Positions 59,084 to 64,000 of a stretch of 64,000 nt of DNA are shown here, piece after piece; the first letter of the stretch is position 1; each line of letters begins with the position of its first letter. The DNA comes from Flavobacterium sp. Its GTDB lineage: Bacteria; Bacteroidota; Bacteroidia; Flavobacteriales; Flavobacteriaceae. Both the position numbers and the translations under genes were made by a program. The notes under the pieces are model-generated. The model did not search any database, was not told the DNA's origin, and saw only the letters and a program-made list of their open reading frames with translations. Location of the stretch: assembly GCA_052437795.1 (NCBI GenBank), contig JBQVPA010000008.1; one strand, given 5' to 3'.

Positions 59084-59171
59084 GTCGTTGCGAAGAACGA
59101 AGCGATCTTCTATATAAAACCTGAAATACCATGGAAAGATCGCCGCGCTCCGTTCCTCCGCTCGCGATGAC
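59084..59171. repeat. Long imperfect REP-like hairpin
   Basis: GTCGTTGCGAAGAACGAAGCGATCT ... AGATCGCCGCGCTCCGTTCCTCCGCTCGCGATGAC. Confidence 0.6.
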
Positions 59172-59246
59172 GTCCCTACGAACCTCAAACTTTAAATTTG
59201 AAACAAAAAAACTCAAAAATTCATTGCCATTCCAAATTTTATAATT

Positions 59247-59265
59247 TACTTTGCAATTCAAAGTA
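59247..59265. promoter_or_regulatory. Palindromic operator copy 1
   Basis: TACTTTG-CAATT-CAAAGTA, 7 nt before ATG 59273. Confidence 0.75.
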
Positions 59266-59272
59266 CTTTTAT

Positions 59273-59878
59273 ATGGAAAACTACTTACAGGATATACAAG
59301 ACATTCGGAAGATGATGGACCGCTCCACACAGTTCCTCTCCCTTAGCGGGCTTGCGGGTATCCTTGCAGGCGTCTATGCACTGCTGGGCGCGTATGCCGC
59401 AAAGCAGGTGTACGACATGAACTACGGAAATTACATTACACTTGAGAGCAACTCATTCAAAGCCATTGTGGGGATCGCGCTTGCGGTACTGTTAATGTCG
59501 GTAGTGACGGCTTTCCTGCTTACCGCACGCAAAGCTAAAAGGAGTGGCGAATCTATGTGGAACTCGACTTCAAAGAGGCTGGCCGTTAACTTTTTGATAC
59601 CTTTGGCTACAGGAGGTATATTTTGCCTGCTCCTGCTGCGTAATGGTTACTATGGCCTTATTGCGCCGGTAACGCTCATTTTCTACGGGCTTGCCTGTGT
59701 GAATGCCAGTAAGTACACCATGCGCGATGTACGCTACCTTGGCCTTACTGTTATCCTCATTGGATTGGTTGCCGCCGAATTCACAGGCTATGGGCTGGAG
59801 TTCTGGGCGCTGGGATTTGGCGTATGCCATATACTGTACGGATCTGTAATGTACTATAAATACGACCGCAAGCAATAG
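59273..59878 (+). CDS. Conserved membrane protein (about 6 TM)
   Basis: DIQDIRKMMDRSTQFLSLSGLAG, LIFYGLACVNASKYT, GFGVCHILYG. Confidence 0.8.
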   Translation: MENYLQDIQDIRKMMDRSTQFLSLSGLAGILAGVYALLGAYAAKQVYDMNYGNYITLESNSFKAIVGIALAVLLMSVVTAFLLTARKAKRSGESMWNSTSKRLAVNFLIPLATGGIFCLLLLRNGYYGLIAPVTLIFYGLACVNASKYTMRDVRYLGLTVILIGLVAAEFTGYGLEFWALGFGVCHILYGSVMYYKYDRKQ

Positions 59879-59879
59879 T

Positions 59880-60176
59880 TTGAAAAATATACTGCAACAT
59901 ATCAATAAGGCCTTTGACCATCGCATACGCCTCGGGATCATGAGCATCCTGATGGTTAATGAGCATGCCGACTTCAATACCCTCAAGGAATTGCTGGGGG
60001 TGACCGACGGTAACCTCGCCAGCCATGCCAAAGCCCTGGAAGCAGAGAAATATATCATGATCGAAAAGCAGTTCATTGGCAAGAAGCCGAATACCCGGTA
60101 CGTTGCCACAAAAGAGGGAGGAAAGGCATTCCGCGACCACCTTGATGCCCTTGAAAAACTGATCCAGAAGCGTTAA
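59880..60176 (+). CDS. Winged-helix (ArsR/MarR-like) transcriptional regulator
   Basis: FDHRIRLGIMSIL, TDGNLASH...LE, KQFIGKKPNT; TTG start. Confidence 0.88.
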   Translation: MKNILQHINKAFDHRIRLGIMSILMVNEHADFNTLKELLGVTDGNLASHAKALEAEKYIMIEKQFIGKKPNTRYVATKEGGKAFRDHLDALEKLIQKR

Positions 60177-60196
60177 AGCTATTTTTTTATCCATAA

Positions 60197-60213
60197 ACTT
60201 TGAAATGCAAAGT
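60197..60213. promoter_or_regulatory. Palindromic operator copy 2
   Basis: ACTTTG-AAATG-CAAAGT upstream of DUF1361. Confidence 0.75.
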
Positions 60214-60232
60214 ACTTTTAAAATAAATAATT

Positions 60233-60904
60233 ATGAAAACTATCCGATCACCGCTCACAAGATCCTTCAGGCAGTGCGTTATGCTGCTGTTTATCACAAC
60301 TTTTTGCTTCGGGATGCTCATGATCAGGGCTACGATTACCCATAGCCTTTTTTACTTTTTCCTTGTATGGAACCTGTTCCTTGCCGCGGTGCCATTTGTA
60401 ATTACCACATTTATGCTCAACAGGGCAGGGGTTCAGCAAAGCAGGCCTTTATTTTACATAGCATTTATCAGCTGGCTGCTTTTCCTGCCCAATGCACCGT
60501 ACCTCATTCCTGACTTTGTCCACCTGGGTAAAGCTCCGGGAGTGCCGTTATGGTTCGATGTACTGCTGCTGATCTCTTTTGCGATAACGGGACTGCTGCT
60601 GGCTGTCGCCTCAATGCGGCCTATGCACACGATGCTCATTGCCCGGTTCAGTTCTGGTTTTGCTGCAAAGGCAATGGTCGCGGCCTGTTTCCTTAGCGGC
60701 TTTGGGGTATACCTGGGCAGGGTATTGCGCTACAACAGTTGGGATGTACTGCACAGGCCGTTCGAGCTTACAGGCGATATTCTTATAAGCCTTATCGCTG
60801 CCGAAAGCTACCGCATCGCCTGGGGGATAACACTAGGTTTTGGCACGTTGATGTACCTGCTTTACCTGGTAAGCCGTACTATTTCTTTTCAAAAAAATTT
60901 ATAG
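60233..60904 (+). CDS. DUF1361-family membrane protein
   Basis: WNLFLA, WLLFLPNAPYL, GVYLGR.LRYNSWD. Confidence 0.85.
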   Translation: MKTIRSPLTRSFRQCVMLLFITTFCFGMLMIRATITHSLFYFFLVWNLFLAAVPFVITTFMLNRAGVQQSRPLFYIAFISWLLFLPNAPYLIPDFVHLGKAPGVPLWFDVLLLISFAITGLLLAVASMRPMHTMLIARFSSGFAAKAMVAACFLSGFGVYLGRVLRYNSWDVLHRPFELTGDILISLIAAESYRIAWGITLGFGTLMYLLYLVSRTISFQKNL

Positions 60905-60908
60905 ATAT

Positions 60909-60925
60909 ACTTTGAATTTCAAAGT
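60909..60925. promoter_or_regulatory. Palindromic operator copy 3
   Basis: ACTTTG-AATTT-CAAAGT upstream of ATG 60948. Confidence 0.75.
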
Positions 60926-60947
60926 AAAACAACCAAAAAATAAAAAT

Positions 60948-61349
60948 ATGAAACGACTTTTTAAAGCCGGCACAGCCCCGGTAACACCAACTGAACTTAT
61001 CCATTATCCTGAGGGCAGCCTTGGCCTGCACCTTGGGACGTTCCTGCGCAGTAATTACAAAACAGGACCGGCACCGGATGCAGAGGATGTTTTTCGATTA
61101 CTGCTTACAAGCAATGCCTCTAATAAGGAAGAGATAGGAATGCACTATTACCTGTCAGGTAACGGCGACAACGGCCTGCGCAGGCTGATGATCATGGGGG
61201 TAGGGGCGGTATGCTTTCCGCATATGATCATCTATTTCTGTAGAAGGTACCGTGACGGGAGGAAGGCCCTGCGCTTTTTCGACCTTGACCATTACAGGAT
61301 GCTGCACCTGCCGATCGATAGGATAAAAGATGCTTTTTTAATACGATAA
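60948..61349 (+). CDS. Hypothetical protein (possibly degenerate Coq4-like)
   Basis: YPEGSLG..LG.FL, EDVFRLLL, NKEEIGMHYYLSGNG. Confidence 0.65.
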   Translation: MKRLFKAGTAPVTPTELIHYPEGSLGLHLGTFLRSNYKTGPAPDAEDVFRLLLTSNASNKEEIGMHYYLSGNGDNGLRRLMIMGVGAVCFPHMIIYFCRRYRDGRKALRFFDLDHYRMLHLPIDRIKDAFLIR

Positions 61350-61359
61350 AAGTGAGATT

Positions 61360-61689
61360 ATGGAAGATATTAAACCTTACGACATCCCGCTCGACGTACT
61401 GCGGACACTGCGCATACCCGGGATAGTTTTCTTAACATCATTGATCATAGGTACCCTTCTCCTGCTTGCTTTCCTTTTTACAGGCGAAACGGGATGGGTG
61501 GGCATCGGGTATTTTTATGTAATGTTCGCTGTTGCTGCCAATCTGCTGGTTTTGATCAGCATGATAATTTATGCTTTCAGGAAGCGTGACTACAGGTCTC
61601 TTATCCTTCGAAATGCGGCCATCCTGCTGGTAAACATCCCGATCGCTCTTGCCTACTTTTGGATCGCTATGGGCTATTTAAGAGGATGA
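61360..61689 (+). CDS. Small 3-TM membrane protein (paralog 1)
   Basis: IGTLLLLAFLFTG ... NLLVLI ... LLVNIPIALAYF. Confidence 0.75.
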   Translation: MEDIKPYDIPLDVLRTLRIPGIVFLTSLIIGTLLLLAFLFTGETGWVGIGYFYVMFAVAANLLVLISMIIYAFRKRDYRSLILRNAAILLVNIPIALAYFWIAMGYLRG

Positions 61690-62003
61690 GCGTGAAAACA
61701 TCTACCGAAATAACTGCCCTCGACAATATCTATATGGCACAAAGGGCATTTTGGTGGTCGCTGGGAATAGGTACCATATTTGAACTTGCATTTATCGTTA
61801 CCGGATGGCCGGGAATAGCATTGGCTGCACTTTTCTACATAATTGCTGCGGTGCTGTTTAACCTCGTCGTGTTCCTGAACAATGTCATCTTCCTATTCCT
61901 TAACAAGGAATACCGCCTGCCGCTGCTGGCGTATACACTGCTGATGTTACTTAACATCCCAATAGCTTTTACCTACTTTCTTATTCTAACCTGGAAAATA
62001 TGA
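61686..62003 (+). CDS. Small 3-TM membrane protein (paralog 2)
   Basis: IGTIFELAFIVTG ... NLVVFL ... MLLNIPIAFTYF; ATGA overlap with paralog 1. Confidence 0.75.
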   Translation: MSVKTSTEITALDNIYMAQRAFWWSLGIGTIFELAFIVTGWPGIALAALFYIIAAVLFNLVVFLNNVIFLFLNKEYRLPLLAYTLLMLLNIPIAFTYFLILTWKI

Positions 62004-62005
62004 CT

Positions 62006-62292
62006 ATGAAAACAGGAGTGCACAACACTACATAAACATTGCCAGGATCACATTTTCGATTGGCTTATGCATCGAAATTGCCTTCCGGATTGCCTATGTC
62101 CTGACTAAAAAGGAAATATGGATACTTTATCTAATGATGTTTACCGTTTTTTTCGCCTTCTTCAACTTTGTTTTGCTTGTCTGGATGAATTTGGCCAATA
62201 CTGATAAAGAAAAGGATAAAGCAGTGTTCCTCAATTCCTTGCTGCTTATGCTTTCCCCTCTATTACCATTCCTGTTTACACTAATATTCTAA
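62006..62292 (+). pseudogene. Third small 3-TM paralog with a one-base frameshift just after the ATG (absent from the ORF track)
   Basis: The ATG 62006 frame stops after 9 codons; frame 62008-62292 reads ENRSAQHYINIARITFSIGLCIEIAF...FNFVLLV...LLLMLSPLLPFLFTLIF-stop. Confidence 0.55.
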
Positions 62293-62311
62293 TAATCAAA
62301 AATCAATAACT

Positions 62312-63625
62312 ATGGAGATCTCCAACCACGATCACAACGAAAAACCCAACACGGAACCAAACATTAATTTCATGCGATCTACCACCGCAAAGATCATCAT
62401 GGTAGGCGTGCTAACCCTTGTGCTGCTTATTCCGCTGCAGTATGTGAAAAATCTTATCGAGGAACGTTCTCAAAGCCAAAAGAAGACAGAAGAGGGCATT
62501 ACCCGCCAGTGGGGCGATAACGTATTCATTTACGGACCTGTAATCAAAGTACCTTACCAAACATCATCCTCAATAGAATATGCGTACCTGTTCCCTGAAA
62601 AGCTGGCTGCTGATGCCGATGTACAGTCGGAATCCCGCAGGCAAAGCATGTATGAGGCCTCTATATTCAATGCCAAAGTAAAGTTCGCAGGTAATTTTGG
62701 TACCCCCGACCTGAGTAAGGCTGCGATACTCCCTGAGAATTTGCAGTGGGAGAGGGCCACGATACTTATGAATACTAATGGGCTCAAGAGCATCAGGGGG
62801 GCTGTAGCCGTCAATTTTAACGGTACTAAGTATACTATGGAGCCCGTTGCAAATGAGTATACGGCTGATTCACTGATATCCCTTGAAACAAAGCCGATCA
62901 ACCTGAGCGCTGCCCGAAGCGGCAAAATGCCTTTTAGCATGGATGTTACATATAGCGGCACCAAACGGTTGGGTATAGCCCCGATCGGTAAGATAACCGA
63001 AACGAAAATGACCTCCAACTGGCATTCGCCAAAATTCAGCGGCTACATACTACCAGAAAAGCAGTCAGTTTCCGATAATGGATTTAGCGCGACCTGGAAA
63101 ATATCGCAACTCAACAGGCCGTTTGCTCAGCAGCATTTAGGGAAATTACCTAACTTAAAAGGCTATAGCTTTTATGTGGACCTCCTCATCCCTGTGGACG
63201 AATACCAGCAAAATATGCGGGCCTCAAAATATGGATTCCTTGTGATAGGACTTACCTTCCTCATATTTTTCCTGATCCAAAGCATCAGCAAGATCAGTAT
63301 ACACATCTTCCAGTATACCATGATCGGGCTTGCATTGGTGATGTTCTACACTCTGCTCATTTCAATAACCGAGCACAGCAGCTTCATGGCAGCTTATCTT
63401 ATTGCGGGAATATCAGTCGTAGCCATGATAACGCTCTATTCCATTTCGATATTGAAAGATCGCAAATTCCCTATGTTCATCGGGGCATCGCTCAGTGCGC
63501 TGTATACATTTATTTACGTGATCATCCAGCTTGAAAATTATGCACTATTGGCAGGCAGCATTGGGCTGTTCCTTATACTGGGTGCAGTAATGTACTTTTC
63601 ACGCAAGATCGACTGGAGTAAATAA
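62312..63625 (+). CDS. creD: Inner-membrane envelope integrity protein CreD
   Basis: LVLLIPL, LIEER, SNWHSPKFSG, RASKYG, HIFQYTMIGLA, LLISITEH, MYFSRKIDW. Confidence 0.92.
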   Translation: MEISNHDHNEKPNTEPNINFMRSTTAKIIMVGVLTLVLLIPLQYVKNLIEERSQSQKKTEEGITRQWGDNVFIYGPVIKVPYQTSSSIEYAYLFPEKLAADADVQSESRRQSMYEASIFNAKVKFAGNFGTPDLSKAAILPENLQWERATILMNTNGLKSIRGAVAVNFNGTKYTMEPVANEYTADSLISLETKPINLSAARSGKMPFSMDVTYSGTKRLGIAPIGKITETKMTSNWHSPKFSGYILPEKQSVSDNGFSATWKISQLNRPFAQQHLGKLPNLKGYSFYVDLLIPVDEYQQNMRASKYGFLVIGLTFLIFFLIQSISKISIHIFQYTMIGLALVMFYTLLISITEHSSFMAAYLIAGISVVAMITLYSISILKDRKFPMFIGASLSALYTFIYVIIQLENYALLAGSIGLFLILGAVMYFSRKIDWSK

Positions 63626-63663
63626 TAAGAATGAATTAAGATCCCATTTTTAGTTTTTTGGTT

Positions 63664-63698
63664 ACCCGCGGTATGTTTCAGTACACCCGCGGGTTTTT
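63664..63698. terminator. Terminator after creD
   Basis: ACCCGCGG...CCGCGGGT stem with T run. Confidence 0.55.
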
Positions 63699-63778
63699 AT
63701 TTTCTATATAGGATAAGATCTCTATATTGCCGAAATGTAACGAAGTGGTTGAGTGAAGCTAAATGACGACCAAATATT

Positions 63779-64000
63779 TTATAACAATTCCTCTACCTTT
63801 ATCATCGTATCTTCCTCTATTTTAAACGTTTTCCCTTTTACCTTGATGACATCCCCTACATTAAACTTTTTATACTGCTTGGGATCTTTCAGGTTCGGGA
63901 TGCTTATGGTTGCAAAATACACTTCACCACTGGCCATATAAATTTTCGCGGTATAGCCATCTTTACCATTATTGATCTCGGTTATTTTTCCTTCAACAGT
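63779..64000 (-). CDS. 3' end of a hypothetical protein continuing beyond the window
   Basis: Open frame TVEGKITEINNGKDGYTAKIYMASGEVYFATISIPNLKDPKQYKKFNVGDVIKVKGKTFKIEEDTMIKVEELL-stop. Confidence 0.65.
   Translation of the reverse strand, partial: TVEGKITEINNGKDGYTAKIYMASGEVYFATISIPNLKDPKQYKKFNVGDVIKVKGKTFKIEEDTMIKVEELL

Noticed and set aside
59070-59330. 86-aa minus-strand ORF
   Set aside because: Derived from translation of the REP-like hairpin and overlaps the operator and the next gene
1-64000. CRISPR arrays, tRNA, rRNA, IS transposases, prophage genes, riboswitches
   Set aside because: None recognisable; the only tRNA-like T-arm belongs to the tmRNA

Overview
64 kb of a Bacteroidota chromosome, most likely Flavobacterium (TAnnTTTG promoters, SusC/SusD, T9SS C-terminal domain, tmRNA tag GENNYALAA). 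The left part (1-26.5 kb) is an accessory general-stress cluster. Its signalling genes are a stressosome module (rsbR-rsbS-rsbT, a HATPase-PP2C phosphatase, and a histidine kinase with an RsbT-like N-terminus), a CheB-CheR-kinase fusion, three single-domain response regulators and a short AraC-type regulator. Its effectors are a class II UvrA, two DUF892 ferritin-like proteins, CinA/PncC, LigD, a YdaT-like peptide, ankyrin, KatE, DUF6766 and a glycosyltransferase-glf-GH-A operon. No sigma factor and no Ku gene lie in the window. The main observation is a shared intergenic box, AAAATCRTGTAA, in front of these genes. In three promoters it has a partner half-site 21 bp away, and it usually sits 21-22 nt upstream of a TAnnTTTG-like -7 element. 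This suggests an activator-driven stress regulon possibly wired to the stressosome (inference). Next come a CzcCBA/CusCBA-like RND system with its two-component pair, a frameshifted TPR/T9SS chimeric relic, and ssrA (tmRNA). The right part holds a GH144+GH3 polysaccharide utilization locus (likely beta-1,2-glucan), housekeeping genes, REP-like hairpins, and a creD locus with three copies of a perfect ACTTTG-N5-CAAAGT operator. All calls come from reading sequence and motifs; no database searches were run.
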